The position numbers were made by a program, and so were the translations under genes. From the NCBI RefSeq assembly GCF_032191835.1, contig NC_083228.1, forward strand, positions 122,388,001 through 122,452,000: a stretch of 64,000 nucleotides of DNA, read 5' to 3'. Source of the stretch: Heteronotia binoei. Its lineage: Eukaryota. Of this stretch, positions 22,996 to 36,371 are shown piece by piece (position 1 is the stretch's first letter; the number at the start of each line of letters is the position of its first letter). Under the pieces are notes generated by a model. That model worked only from the letters and a program-made list of their open reading frames with translations, was not told where the DNA came from and made no database searches.

Positions 22996-25689
22996 AAAAG
23001 AATAAAAAAAAAAGCGGAGACAGACTGTTTTATTGATCGCTTTAACAAAGCTTTATAAACAATCGGGTTCCATCTAGCTATATTATTATTTATACAAGCC
23101 TAAGCAATCCAAAAATACTATATTAAGAAAATACAAACTGTAAGGTGTGGACAGTCTCCCAGGATTTCTAGCATCGCCATAGGCTGATAAGGAAACCAGG
23201 GAGGGAGAGATAGGATCAGAGAAAGACTAGGAAGCGAAAGCTATGGGTGATTCCACCAAGCACGTTATCACAGCAGTCCTTATTTTCAGCCACAGCTGTT
23301 AGGAAAGTAGTAGTTGGTCCAACTTTCCAGATGGCTGCAAATGAGATTGTGTTAAATTTTGATTCCCATTGGAGTCTTAGAACTGTCGCATTCCATCCGC
23401 ATCTATTTAAAGGTAGAACGAAGCATCCTGTGGTCCTTATGAAAATCTCTTAGATCCAGAAAATAAATGGGGGTAGCGCATTAGACTTCTCTGTTCTTAA
23501 AAGATCCTCTTTGCTACTGTTCATGTCTTTCTCAGAGCAGGAGGAGAATTCAGTGAATAAGCTATTATGCAGCCTTGCTCACTGTGACCTTTAATGGAGA
23601 CTCCACTTCTCTGGTTTCCTTACACTGATGCTCAGAAAAGAAAATTATAAACTCTTCACTGCTGAGGTGGGATCATACCACATCTCCCTTGTTCAATTGG
23701 TGAATTGTGCTCATTTTTTCTGGGCCTTACAGAGTAACATATCTAAAATCATGAAGGATTTTTTTTTTCAAGAAACATACTGCTTGATGCCAAAAGGCAG
23801 AAGAGTGGGGAAAATGAATGGGAGGCCCACAGTTTGAGCTAATGAGATACAGTTTGCTTCTATGGAACATCTGGATAGGCCTATATTCTAGTTCCATTCA
23901 ATGCACCCTCGTTTCTCTTGGTCTCCCTGGCATAGTAAATATGCCTTTATAATGACTGAGGTCTAATGCTAAACTGCAGACAATACAGTTTTTTGAACAG
24001 AGATTATAGGAGCATCAGCCTGGTGTGCACTGTCTTAGACCTGCATCTTGTTCATTCTTGCATAATGAAAAAAACCAAAAATTAATTATCTGTGCTGGCT
24101 GGAAGCGTCAATATTTATCTTCTGTGAACTAAACCCAATGTGTTAGTATACCACAGCACACTGTGGAAAATAAAGGCTCACTGGCGGCTTGTTTACAGCA
24201 AGGAAGCTTGAGGACAGGAAGACGATGGAGACTGCTATAAAACATGGGTATTTTCAAGATATAGTGTGCTAATGAGTTTGCATTTAAAACTTTACATATT
24301 TTTCAGGTATAAAACATTTGCCATCTATCTATCATTCATCCTTTAGAATGAACAGTAAATACAAATTGCAAACGCCTCCTATTTTCTATCCTCCTACCAT
24401 CCATGGTGCCATCTACAGAGCGTACGGCCTAATATTTTGTTTTTTAAAAATTCAGTTTTCATGGTAATTTATTTTCTGGTTCTGAAATCTCTGCACAAGA
24501 CTCACCCAGTATCAGTGGTTGACAGGCTTGGGGAGTCTGATAGTAAAGATCCACTTAAGGGCCCACAGTCAACTAGCATCACCATTTTGGCTCTCTTTGT
24601 CCAGTGCTCCTGACCATGTTAACCCCTAAGCCAAGGAAGAACACACCCTAGGAATTCTTTACTCACTTGTGCAACCTCCTCTTTTCTTTAGTGCATCTCA
24701 CACTAATATACACCAAGTAAATTATGACAGCAATCATATGAGGGCTTCAAAAGACTGCAGTCAGCCTTGGTACAAGAGCATACATAAGCAAGGCAAAAAT
24801 CTTTTAATGCAAAATTTTGCCTCCTTCCACAGGGCAACAACTAAGTAGTTTTAAGTACCACTGTGAATGCAAAGACATTCATGCCTGCCATAAGGTGTCC
24901 ACACAGGAATCTTTCGTGTGTGTTGCACACTGGAAGTGCCATTCTCCCGCAAACAACCTGGGGGCTTTTTTAAAACTAGTAATTGCAGAATTGCTATGGC
25001 AATCATAACACTATAGCAATAAAACAATAACCTGATTTTTTTAAAAAAATGGAGGAAAGCCCTGTGATGGCTCGGCGGGGGGAAGGGAGGGGGGAGGAAG
25101 AAGCAAGGGGATGACAGTCATCAGGGGTCTAAACCAAAGACAACGGTACCAATGTGAGCGGCGCGCAGCCTGCAAAAATGTGCACCTTCCTGGGTCAACA
25201 CAGCATGCACGCACAAGCTGACTGTGATCTTTCCAAAAAGAATGCTATCACACCAGGTTTGGGAAAGATTTGAGCAAAACAGGGAAGTTTGGCTAGTGGA
25301 CCATTAGGAGATGACCTTGTGTGAAGGCTAAAAAAAACTCATTTAAGTCCACACTAGAAAAACCGCAGTGTGGAGGCAACTTTAATGTGAAGGTCAGTAT
25401 AATGCTCTAACAAATCTGATGGAAGCAAACAGGATTGGGGTGGGGGAGAAGACAAGAATATTCAGCAAGTGCAAGAGAACTAGTACTCAGTTGACTATCT
25501 GGTACTCTAACGCAAGGCAGACAATGAGCACAAAAGTATTTTGGACAGAGGTGCTGTTATTTTAGGAGACTGTGTCAGCAAATTTAAACACTGCTTACTG
25601 CAAGTATTCCTCTTTCCTTTCTTAGCTAGCCTGCTGCTTAAGCTAAAATTAAAGGGTGGGAGCACATTCAGCCGGGGCTCCGGGGATTG

Positions 25690-26213
25690 CACTGGCTGCC
25701 AATAATATACCAGGTTCGGTACAAGGTGCTGGTTATCACCTTTAAAGCCCTATATGGCCTAGGACCGACCTACCTACCTTAGGGACCGTCTCTCCCCACA
25801 TGTTCCCCAGAGAGTGCTTAGATTTGGTTCCCAAAATCTGCTAGTCATCCCCGGGCCAAAGGAGGCCCGTCTGAAGTCAACCAGGGATAGGGCCTTTTCA
25901 ATTACAGCCCCCTGCTGGTGGAACCAGCTACAGAAGGAGGTGAGGGCCTTGCGGAACCTTGGGCAGTTCCGCAAGGCCTGTAAGACGGTCCTCTTCCAAT
26001 TGGCATATAACTGACTGGTACCTAAAAACTGCGAAGGAAGGCTGTAGAATGCACCGTACTGTTAGATTGTTTTCTTGTTTTGACTGTTGTAAATTATTCA
26101 ATGTATTTAATATTTATTAACCTTATTGTTTTGAATTTTATGTTGTAAGCCACCCTGAGCCCACCTTGGTGGGGACGGCGGGATATAAGTCGAACAAATA
26201 AATAAATAAATTT
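25690..26213 (+). mobile_element. L2-type LINE 3' fragment with (AATA)n tail
   Basis: HWLP...YKVLVITFKALYGLGP...DRAFSITAPCWWNQL reading, with tail gttgtaagccaccctgagccc...aataaataaataa. Confidence 0.8.
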
Positions 26214-26491
26214 TTAAAAAGTAACAATAATGTAAAACTAACAATATAAACATATTGAAAATACAAACAGAACACAGACATTAAAAATGTCCTTACACTC
26301 AACGAAAGCTTGCTAAAATTCATGCTGATTTTGAAAAACGCACCATCTTGGATTCTGGCAGACTATCAAAGAGAAGAACATCTGGAGCAAGAATGTCCTT
26401 TCACATCCTGACTTATTGTTTCTTAACATATGCACTAATAAATGAGCAGGAGGGAAGGCAGCGTGGTATAGCACAATCTCATCAGATCTTG

Positions 26492-26859
26492 GAAGAAGGA
26501 GAAGATGATATTGGATTTTATCACGCCCTATACTCTGAATCTCAGTCTCAGAGCGGTCACAATCTCCTTTTACCTTCCCTCCCACAACAGACACTGTGTG
26601 AGCAGTGTTACCTGCACATTTTTGTCTTAGCTCAGGAAGGATGACCCCAGAGCACAATAATTTATAGAGTAGCTCACAACTTTAATGTCAGTAGCTCACA
26701 ACTTTAGTGCCAGTAGCTCACAAAGTAGAATTTTAGCTCACAAACCTCTATGGCTGACCCAAGGCCATTCCAGCAGCTGCAAGTGGAGCAATGAGGAATC
26801 AAACCCGGTTCTCCCAGATAAGAGTCTGCACACTTAACCACTACATCAAACTGGCTCTC
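26492..26859 (-). mobile_element. Squam3-like SINE containing a hAT MITE fragment (about 26612-26745)
   Basis: Both SINE halves match 7986-8262. The insert has agtagctcacaa repeats related to the 16630-17060 MITE. Confidence 0.75.
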
Positions 26860-26883
26860 AGAAGCTAAGCAGAGACCACCACT

Positions 26884-27346
26884 GATAGAGGTTTACAAGC
26901 TTATGCTTGGGATAGAGAAGGTAGAGAAAGAAGTACTTTTCTCCCTTTCTCACAATACTAGAACTCATGGACGTTCAATGAAATTGCTGAGCAGTCGGGT
27001 TAGAACTGATAAAAGGAAGTACTTCTTCACCCAAAGGGAACACGTGGAATTCACTGCCACAGGAGGTGGCAGCAGCTACAAGCATAGACAGCTTCAAGAG
27101 GGGACTGGATAAGCATATGAAGCAGAGGTCCATCAGTGGCTATTAGCCACAGCATATTGTTGGAACTCGCTGTCTGGGGCAGTAATGCTCTGTATTCTTG
27201 GTGCTTGAGGGGGGCATAGTGGGAGGGCTTCTAGACCCCCTGGTGGACCTCCTGATGGCACTTGTTTTTTTTTTTGCCACTGTGTGACATAGAGTGTTGG
27301 ACTGGATGGGACATTGGCCTGATCCAACATGGCTTCTCTTATGTTC
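26884..27346 (+). mobile_element. CR1 3' fragment, same family as 14819-15580
   Basis: SLSHNTRTHG...YFFTQR peptide and the shared 3' UTR ending gcttctcttatgttc. Confidence 0.88.
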
Positions 27347-28369
27347 ACCAAGGGAAAGTCAGAAGAGGAAAGCAATGACTAGCTACCTTTGTTTTTCACT
27401 TGTCCTGAAAGCCCCGTGCTGGGGTTGCTATAAACTGGCTGCAATTTGACAACACATTACATGCACAATAAATAAGCCTCATCAGTCAGTCTCTGAACCC
27501 ATGGCACAACACAGAAAAGGTAGTTTCTAAGGTTGAAGTTTTCAAATGATAGGGTAAGCCTCGGGGCGGGGGGGGGGAGACAAGAAGAAGCTTGAGGAAG
27601 CACATGACTTTCTCCTACATCAATTGAGATATAGATATAATGGCACAGTTGTCAAAGAAACAAGGTAGCCCTGGCACGAGCACATGCCCAATCCATCTAC
27701 CTGCAAATTGCAATGGACTATACGAATTCAACTCTGTGTAATAAACTCCAGGTGCTCAGTCCTAGAGCAGACCATTGGAGACCCAGAAGGTAAAGCAAGT
27801 CTGATCTAGTACATTCATTGTATGGCACCACTTCTCAGACTGTCTCCAACATGCCATGAAATGCCTTTCTCTCCCCCTGCCTGTTTTATTTCTGTATTGA
27901 ACACAACACTTCCTATTTTATGACCACTGGAATAGTCTTAGCATTGCTATTAAACAACATACCTGTGAGACTTTGCATGTGTCTGGCGTTTCATTCCAAC
28001 TGGGCTGCTCCCTATGTAAAGGGGCTATGCAAGTATAGTTAGCACGCCAGGTGGCATACGGATGTACTAACCAAGCTGCTTTGCATGCATAGCAGCACTA
28101 TTTAAACAAGAAGCTGAATATGATCAAAAGTGCCACTAGATCCAGGTGGGCAGCCGTGATAGTCTGAAGCAGCAAGAGTCAAGTTGCACCTTTAAGACCA
28201 ATGAAGCTTAATTCAGAATGTAAGCTTTCGTGTGCTCTAAGCACACTTCATCAGACAATAGTATGGAATGGCAAGCAGTCCTAAATATAAAGTCCTAAAT
28301 AAAGTGACACTGTTTTTATTTTCATCAACATCATGTTTAAATTAGGCTAAAAGAATAGGAATGGCTTGA

Positions 28370-28530
28370 AGGTTATTTATAAAATTATGTACAGTTTTGA
28401 GAGCACACAGAGATTCTTCCTTCTCTTCAATAATACTAGTATTTCATGTCATCTAATGGAACTGATCTGCTGTATCCTCAGAACAGATAAAAGGAACTGC
28501 TATTTCACACAGTGCATGCTTGATGACATG
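28370..28530 (+). mobile_element. Old, decayed CR1 ORF2 C-terminal fragment
   Basis: VIYKIM...RTDKRNCYFTQ resembles CR1 EVYKIM...RTDKRKYFFTQ. Confidence 0.5.
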
Positions 28531-28678
28531 ATCAATAGCACTTTTATTAAATTTTATTTAATTGATTGATTGATTTTAAACTTGTCAGAAATTTGAATGC
28601 TGGATGTAACTTCGTTTTTATATAATGCTGTTAGCCGCCCTGAGCCTGCTTCGGCGGGGAGGGCGGGATACAAATAAA

Positions 28679-28680
<2 letters not shown>

Positions 28681-28756
<76 letters not shown>
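28681..28756. repeat. (TATC)19 microsatellite at the tail of an L2-type 3' end
   Basis: 76 nt of perfect TATC units directly after gttagccgccctgagcc...gggatacaaataaaat. Confidence 0.97.
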
Positions 28757-28758
<2 letters not shown>

Positions 28759-29121
28759 GATTTATGGAATTCTTTAGCATAGCATGTAGTTAGAAAAACT
28801 TAGAAAAATGGACTTAGAAAAACGGATTTCAACAAGACCATTACATTTTTGTAATAATAGCCTGGTGAACAAGGCTATTAGCCACAGTAAACAAATATAA
28901 CTTCAGGTTAAAGCTTGGGTAATCCTAAATGCTAGATACTGAAGATTTAAAGACAATGAGGGAGAATCATTACTTTCTTTCCCCGTTTCAAGGAGACATC
29001 AAGCTCATTAAGGTTGGAAACAGGATGATGGAATACATGGATTCTTGGCTGGATGGACCAAACTTCTTATAGGAGGAAGTCCCAGTAAATATTGTAGGAT
29101 GTGTTCTGATGTAAACAAACA

Positions 29122-29328
29122 GGGGCTGTGGCTCAGTGGTAAAACCTCTGTTTTGCATTCAGAAGGTCCCTGGTTCAATCCCCAGCATCTCCAGTTAAAA
29201 GGACCAGGTAAGCGGTGATATGAAAGATCTCTGCCTGAGACCATGGAGAGCTGCTGCCAGTCTGAGAAGACAATACTGACCTTGATGGACCGATGCTCTG
29301 ATTCAGTATAAGGCAGATTCACATGTTC
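29122..29328 (+). mobile_element. tRNA(Ala)-derived SINE (Squam2-like)
   Basis: Head ggggctgtggctcagtggt...ggttcaatccccagcatctcca. The body recurs at 3988-4180, 59131-59342 and 61803-61982. Confidence 0.75.
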
Positions 29329-29674
29329 AAATAAGGTCTTAAAAAGCTGAGAAATTATGTAAGTTACTTGGGATCCCCGCACTTGGGAGAAAGATAGAGT
29401 ACAAGTGAAATTAATAATAATAATAATAAAAAAACAAATGTTACCTATACATGTGGACTTCTCTGTCAAGTGAGTAATCCTGTTCTACTGGTGTGCATAA
29501 CTTGTGTACACAAAACATTTGTCTGCACCAGGGATGGGCATTAACCGGTTGATGAACTAAATTTTGTCACAAACGTTGGCCTGTTCAAGCTTTTCTAGCT
29601 CTTTGGTTTAAATGGCTCCAAGTGTCTTCAACAACACTGCTGCCAACAGTGAGTAAGCAACAGCAGTTCCCTTT

Positions 29675-29731
29675 GGGGGTTGGACTAGATGACCCTAGAG
29701 GTCCCTTCCAACTCTATGATTCTATGATTCT
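29675..29731 (+). mobile_element. CR1 extreme 3' end
   Basis: gggttggactagatgaccctagaggtcccttccaactctatgattctatgattct. Confidence 0.75.
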
Positions 29732-32700
29732 TGCCAGAACACCTGTAGAAGAATATGAAGCACGTGCTTCAGAAAGGACTCTTCAGGCTGCTCCCGACTG
29801 TATGTGCTGCCGGTACAGAGACAGAAGGAGAAGAGAGGCTTAATTTCCTGGGAAGTCACTAATATTCTAAGGATTGGGTGCAAATAATCTACAGACTAAT
29901 TTTTCTCGGGCCACTGAGGCTAAAATGTTAGTGGAATATTGCCATGTTAACAGGTCAGTGGGGCAGGAGTGAATGAACATCATTTATTCATGTTGACAGC
30001 TGGTACAGCACAACATCTAAGACAGAGCAAAAGTCCCTAGTTTAAAACTCACTAGGGAAGGCTCACACTATCAACCTCAGTCCCACCCACCCCCCCATAT
30101 GAGACAGGGGAATAACAACACTGATTTACCTTATAGGGTGGTGGTTCAGATTTCAGCAGTGGAGCACTCTAAAGTGATGTCTGAATTGTTTTAACTAAAA
30201 CTAGAAGAACCAACAACTTATGAAGAGAGACAGTACTCACCATTTATGCAAGACTGCAACAGGGTCTGTCTTCACTTTTTAAACTCCCAGTAAGGGGAGC
30301 TCTTTTTCAGCCACTGACTTCCAAGAACTTGAAACACCTCAATTTGCCTACTTAAGCAGGGAGCAATTTTCTCCCTAGAAAATGTTTGAGTCTTGCTTCT
30401 TCTGTTTTTTGTTATTAGCCAATTAGTGATAGATAGTCCTTTGTCCTGAAGCAGCATTCCTCAAGAGGCTTTAGCATAGACTCGGCCCCAATCATCCCAT
30501 TGGTCTACCACCAGTTAAGGTCCTAGATCTTTGCTTAGGTAACTGTCAGTTTCTGGTCTAGGCTATCTGGCTCTCTTCTCTACTGCTATCCATAGCAATG
30601 TATCGGAATGCTTCATATTTTCAAAGGATTACAGGATATTTAAAGCATGTCATGTAGTTCTCGATAATCATGACAACACCCATTTAATGCTACTTACCTA
30701 TAGCCCAGTGGCTGGCACTTTGATGTGGTATAAGTGTGTCTACGATTCACATACTGGCCAAGTTAACATTTCAGAAGAAAGTTGACAGGTAAAGGGAGGG
30801 GGGAACAAATAATTTGAAAGTACATATTCTCTCGATATCAACAGACTGTCATAGGACAACACCTAAACTCTCTTCCTAGCAAATACTGAAATTTTTCTAA
30901 AGTTTTAGGTGAAATAAATAGTAAAATGATTTATTTAGTCTACTATACTCTGTACTGTAAGTCTTAATACAGGTGAGCTCTACAGACTTCAGCACTGTCT
31001 GCTACCTCTTCTTCATGAACCAAGGGACATTACCATGCTTTTTGGAAAAAGCAGCACAAAATTTCCCAGTGGCAGCAAGCTGTTCATATTGAATGATGAG
31101 ATTGCATAAAACTCTACTGTGGGTGAATAGGAAGTTGTTAAATAATACAGCAGAAACTGTATCCATGGCAACTCTTCTCCTTGCAGCCCTAATTTGCAGC
31201 TCCAAAGATCCTTGTTGCGGAGCAAGATGCTTTTTAAAGTTTATTATTGGCTGTTTGTATGCAGCCTTTCCATACTTGACTGGTATACATGAATTAACAT
31301 TAACTGAGCAGCAGTCTCAACTGTTTTACATCACTGAAATGGTCTATTCTGGCTTAATTAAAAGTTCAGCAAAATTAAGAGTCACACTATACAAAAATGA
31401 TGGAATATTTACAAACAGATCTCTTTTTCTTTTTAAAAAAACTGCACATAGCAGGTTCAAGGGAACAGGATACATTCAGATCAGGGCCATGGAAAGAAGT
31501 CTTACTCATTGTTCTTCATGCTGTTTTTATACTACCAGTTTCCTCAGTGGGCGTATTTTCCCACACCCAGAAAAAAAAAATGTAGTAGCCTTCCCTCTTC
31601 ATTCCTATGAGCAGGCTTCAATGTTCTAAAGATAGATGGGACATCTGTATGCTTCAGAAATTCTACAGGCACAGAGAAAAACAGAAGCACATCACCCTTA
31701 GAGTGTCCTCCAGCCCCAGAACAATCCTCTTCAAGCTTTTAGGAGGAGTCCCTTCTCTCACTCACAGCACCAACATCCCCAAAAGAAGCTGGGATACAAT
31801 TAATCCCAGTCCTCCTACACAATGGGGTTTGGTAGCCAATGCGACATTTTCATGCAGAGTATGGCAAGGGAAGAAAGTATGAAAAGACCAGAGCACATGC
31901 AAAGACAACATTCTTGGTTTTAACACCACAATCTGAGCAAAAGAATGGTCTGCTGCACTATTTGAAGACAATGATTCTAACTCCTGTAAATAGAAAACTA
32001 GGAAGGATTCACAGCTGGCCTTTGTGAATTCTTATTATTCTTCCACATGAAATCCCCCTTTAGTAGGGAGAATTCAAAGCAGCAACCCCCCCCCCCATAC
32101 CCTGAACACGCATGCCACCAGCATAAAGTAACACAGTCCAGGAAATGCTTTACCACTTAATCTTAAATTGGTTTTATGACTCTGCAGCCAATTATGGAAA
32201 GAAGATTAATCTCAGGCCAATTTGCATGCCTTTGAACTGTCAGATGCTGGCTACTGAATTGCTGAATGCTGAATCTGCTGCTACGTGATTAATACATTTT
32301 TTTCTTCATACCCATATTTTTGTTCACTCTGAATCGCTCAACATCGTTTTGGAGGATACGCTTTAAGAACATAAGAGAAGCCATGTTGTGTTTAAAACAA
32401 TTTATTATAATGTAATATATTGTAATAGCATATTATCATTTGTTATTAAAAGTTAATACACATTCATTACATTTTTTCCACTCCTCCCCCCTTTTAGTGA
32501 CCCCTGGCAGTGCCAACCCCATAAGAGAAGCCATGTTGGATCAGGCCAATGGCCTACATAGGGAAACAACTAAAAGCCTGCTCTACCAAATTTTTAGGAA
32601 AGAGTAAGAGTCCAGTTACAGGTATCTGAAGCAGTGACTCACTAAAGCTCATACCCTGCTGCAAATGTTGTTAGTCTTTAAGGTGCTACTTACTCTTTTC

Positions 32701-32764
32701 TGATGCTACAGACTGTCCTGATCTACTAACATTTTATCATTCTTAACTGCCCAGATCCACCCAC

Positions 32765-32945
32765 ATCTCATCAGATCTTGAAAGCTAAGCTGAGGCAGCC
32801 CTGATTAGTACATGGAGGGGAGACCACCAAGGAAGTTCAGGGTTGCTTTGCAGATGCAGCCAATAGCAAACCACCTGTTTGCCTCCTGCTTTGCAAATCC
32901 TATGGGGTTACCATAAGTCAGCTGCAACTTGACAGCACTTTACAT
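32765..32945 (+). mobile_element. 5S rRNA-derived SINE
   Basis: atctcatcagatcttgaaagctaagc...ttagtacatgga...gagacc resembles the 5S internal control region, followed by an RTE-like tail gcaaaccacc...ggggttaccataagtc. Confidence 0.65.
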
Positions 32946-32991
32946 ACAGACAACCGTATTATATCCAGATTTCAGAAAACATACCCTAAAG

Positions 32992-33594
32992 CAGGGGCGT
33001 CAAACATGTGGCCCGGGGGCTTAATCAGGCCCCTGGAGGGCTCTCAGGCCCCCTGAGCATCTGGCTGTCAACTGCTTCCTTTTCCCCCTCCCTAGATTCC
33101 TTCTGCATAACAGCTTGTTTTGCAAGTCTTGCTCAATCGCACAGGAGCTACAGAGCCAAACCTCTATTTTCTCCATTAGCTGAGGCTCCTCCCTTAGGGG
33201 GATGGAGAACTTGCTTTGCCAGGCTCTCTCAATTGCACAGCAGTGCTACTGAGCCAAGCCTCTCTTCCTTTTATTGGCTGAGGCTCCTCCCCTTCCTCAT
33301 CCCCTAGAGAAGAAAGGAAAGAGCCAGAGCTTCCTTTGCCCAGTTCCCTGGATCCCATGGGAGAAATACAAAGAAAGCCCCTTAAAGACCAACGAGTACT
33401 AATGTTTTCAGCATGTTTTAAGGGTTTTTTTTTTTAAAAAAACTCTTTAATTGTGTTTGTCTGTGTCCTTTATAAGGTTTATATCTCTGCTACCTAATCT
33501 TAAATATTTACACATGTAGCCTGGCCCAACATGGCTTGACAAGGTCTCATTTATGTCAGATTCGGCCCTCATAAGAAATGAGTTTGACACCTTG
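32992..33594. mobile_element. hAT Charlie-like MITE
   Basis: TIRs CAGGGGCGTCAAAC / GTTTGACACCTTG. 8-bp TSD CCCTAAAG at 32984-32991 and 33595-33602. Confidence 0.85.
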
Positions 33595-33984
33595 CCCTAA
33601 AGGCTACAAATATGAACTGGCAATGAAGTTTTATATATGCACACTCATACGTTTTCTATTAGCATGGTCAATACCGGGTGGAAGGTGATCTAATGTTTTA
33701 ATTCTAGCACTTGGCTTGTTTATTTTATGGATTTAGTTTCTTCAGTTTCATTTTGTTAGCTGCAACATTTGTGACTGTTGGGATGATTATACTTTAACTG
33801 AAAGGCTGTTTTACGGGTCCTTGTGAAAAAAGCAGGGTACAAATACTGACAACCAAAAAGAGAGAGAAGTCTGTTAAGTCTTTGGGGCTTGAATGAGATG
33901 TTTGGTTTGAGACCCAGATTGCCAAAAGAGAGAGAGAAACACAAACAAATAAGGTGATCTGGTGTCTCAAGATTGCTGGTCTGA

Positions 33985-35409
33985 GAGATATCCCAGAAGA
34001 TTGGAAGCAGGCGAATGTTGCCCCCATCTTCAAGAAGGGGAAAAAAGAGAATGCGGGTAACTACCGACCCGTCAGCTTGACGTCTATACCTGGAAAAGTT
34101 TTAGAACAAATCATCAAACAGTTGGTCCTGGAACATTTAGAAAGAATGGATGTGATTACTAAGAGCCAGCATGGGTTTCTCAAGAACAAGTCAAGTCAGA
34201 CTAACCTGATCTCTTTTTTTTGCTGGATCGGAGGAATGCGGTAGACATCGTTTATCTTGATTTCAGTAAGGCTTTTGATAAGGTTCCACATACTATCCTT
34301 GTTGACAAGTTGGTAAAATGTGGTTTGGATCCTGTTACCGTTAGGTGGATCTGTAACTGGTTGACAGATCGCACTCAAAGAGTGCTTGTGAATGGTTCCT
34401 CATCCTTTTGGAGAGAAATGACAAGTGGAGTGCCTCAGGGATCTGTCCAGGGACCTGTTTTGTTCAACATCTTTATCAATGATTTGGATGAAGGAACAGA
34501 GGGAATGCTTATTAAATTTCCAGATGATACTAAATTGGGAGGGGTTGCAAACACAGATGACAGAAACAGGATACAGGATGACCTTGACAGGCTGGAAAAC
34601 TGGGCTAAAACCAATAAAATGAATTTTAACAGGAATAAATGTAAAGTTCAGCATTTAGGTAGGAAAAATCCAATGCATGGTTATAGAATGGGGGAAACTT
34701 GTCTTAGCAGTAGTATATGCGAAAAGGATCTAGGGGTTTTAGTGGATCATATGCTGAACACGAGTCAACAGTGTGATGCGGTGGCTAAAAACACAAATGC
34801 AATTTTGGGCTGTATCAACAGAAGTATAGTGTCCAGATCATGTGATGTGATGGTAATCACTTTGCTCTGGTAAGACCTCATCTGGAGTATTGTGTTCAGT
34901 TTTGGGCACCACAGTTTAAGAAGGATATAGACAAGCTGGAACGGGTCCAAAGGAGGGCGATGAAGATGGTGAGGGGTCTGGAGACCAAGTTCTATGAGGA
35001 AAGGTTGAAGGAACTGGGGATGTTTAGCCAGGAGAGGAGGTGGCTGAGAGGTGATATGATCACCATCTTCAAGTACTTGAAGGGCTGTCATATAGAGGAT
35101 GGGGTGGAATTGTTTTCTGTGGCCCCGGAAGGTAGGACCAGAAACAATGGGTTGAAATTAAATCAAAAGTGTTTCCGGCTCAACATTAGGAAGAACTTCC
35201 TGACCATTAGAGCTATTCCTCAGTGGAACAGGCTTCCTCGGGAGGTGGTGGGCTCTCCTTCCTTGGAGATTTTTAAACAGAGGCTAGATGGCCATCTGAC
35301 AGCAATGAAGATCCTGTGAATTTAGGGGGAGGTGTTTGTGAGTTTCCTGCATGGTGCAGGGGGGTTGGACTAGATGACCCTATAGGTCCCTTCCAACTCT
35401 ATGATTCTA
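33985..35409 (+). mobile_element. Degenerate CR1 LINE of a second subfamily (RT domain, frameshifted)
   Basis: NYRPVSLTS, YLDFSKAFDKV, GVPQGS, and KFPDDTKL (FADD motif mutated). 3' end ttccaactctatgattct. Confidence 0.92.
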
Positions 35410-36371
35410 ATGTGGTGACTGTCAGCTACAAAGCCTCTTTCCTCATTATTTCTTCAGCAGAAACAAGACAAACTGCAATTTCTCTTGCTCTTTAGTAAGA
35501 GAGCCCCACTTCTCAATCACTGTCCATTAAGACATATAGCTCTCAATTTAAATTATTATATGCCTGGTACACAGAGTATTATTTGTTGCATGAGAACAAC
35601 TTAGAGAACACTAAGTTGGCTAATATTTTCTACAGGAAGCAATGTCAGCTGGAGAATATGCATAAGTTTTTATGAGCATCTCAGAACTCCTCTTTAGGCA
35701 AAACGAGGAGTGAAAGACGATGTCAGACATAAGCTAACATCACCTCACCTCGAACAGGTCCTCTGGAGAGAACAGGCATTTTCTAAATAAAAATAAATGT
35801 ATCTCCATACTGTTCCCTTAAGCAGATTATGATAAATCTATCAATGACCACTAGTCAAAGCAGCTAAAAACTGTCCACAACAGCTGCTTTCTAAGATGAG
35901 AAGTGGCAAACTTCTCATTTGTCCCTTTATGTACCAGGAAGGTCCTTTCTGCTGTGTGCATGCACCCCATGCAGTACAGCAGTTTGTGAGTAGACTTGTT
36001 GGTGAAGAGGTGTAACCTTTCATGTCAGCAGATCTATTCATATAAATATAGCTCCATCCTGCCACTTAAAATATCCCCCCCCCCCACACACACACGTCGG
36101 AGTTACGTGAGAGTCAGTGCCCACCAACTGTGTTTCAAAGCCTTCGTCATTATGGTGAGAAAGACATTATGATTAAATGTAGAAATCAACCACTCCCAGT
36201 TCTCAAACATTAGTTGCAGTGAATGCATCATTAATTTCCCAATACACACACACACAAAATTTCTGATAGGTCGAATAGGAGGGATGCTGGGGGTGGGAGA
36301 GAGACTATTTATCAGTCCCTTGTTAAATAACTGAAACTGTACCAGTGATAGCAGGCAATGCTGCTTCTTTG

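Noticed and set aside
26665-26745. Regularly spaced agtagctcacaa direct repeats resembling a CRISPR-like array
   Set aside because: Vertebrate context, very short spacers, and the same repeats occur as subterminal repeats of the hAT MITE at 16630-17060.
29122-29195. tRNA-Ala-like cloverleaf
   Set aside because: The stems are mismatched and it continues into a SINE body repeated elsewhere in the window, so it is a SINE head and not a tRNA gene.
31093-31629. 178-aa plus-strand ORF between the AKAP copies
   Set aside because: No recognisable family or similarity to the AKAP copies, and a composition typical of chance intronic ORFs.
32765-32830. 5S rRNA-like sequence (also about 39945-40000 and 26475-26495)
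   Set aside because: Partial and diverged, and joined to a retroposon tail, so these are 5S-derived SINEs.
23000-36300. A third, decayed AKAP-like copy in the spacer
   Set aside because: No AKAP motifs were seen by eye in the sequence or the ORF track. A tBLASTn would be needed to exclude a highly eroded remnant.
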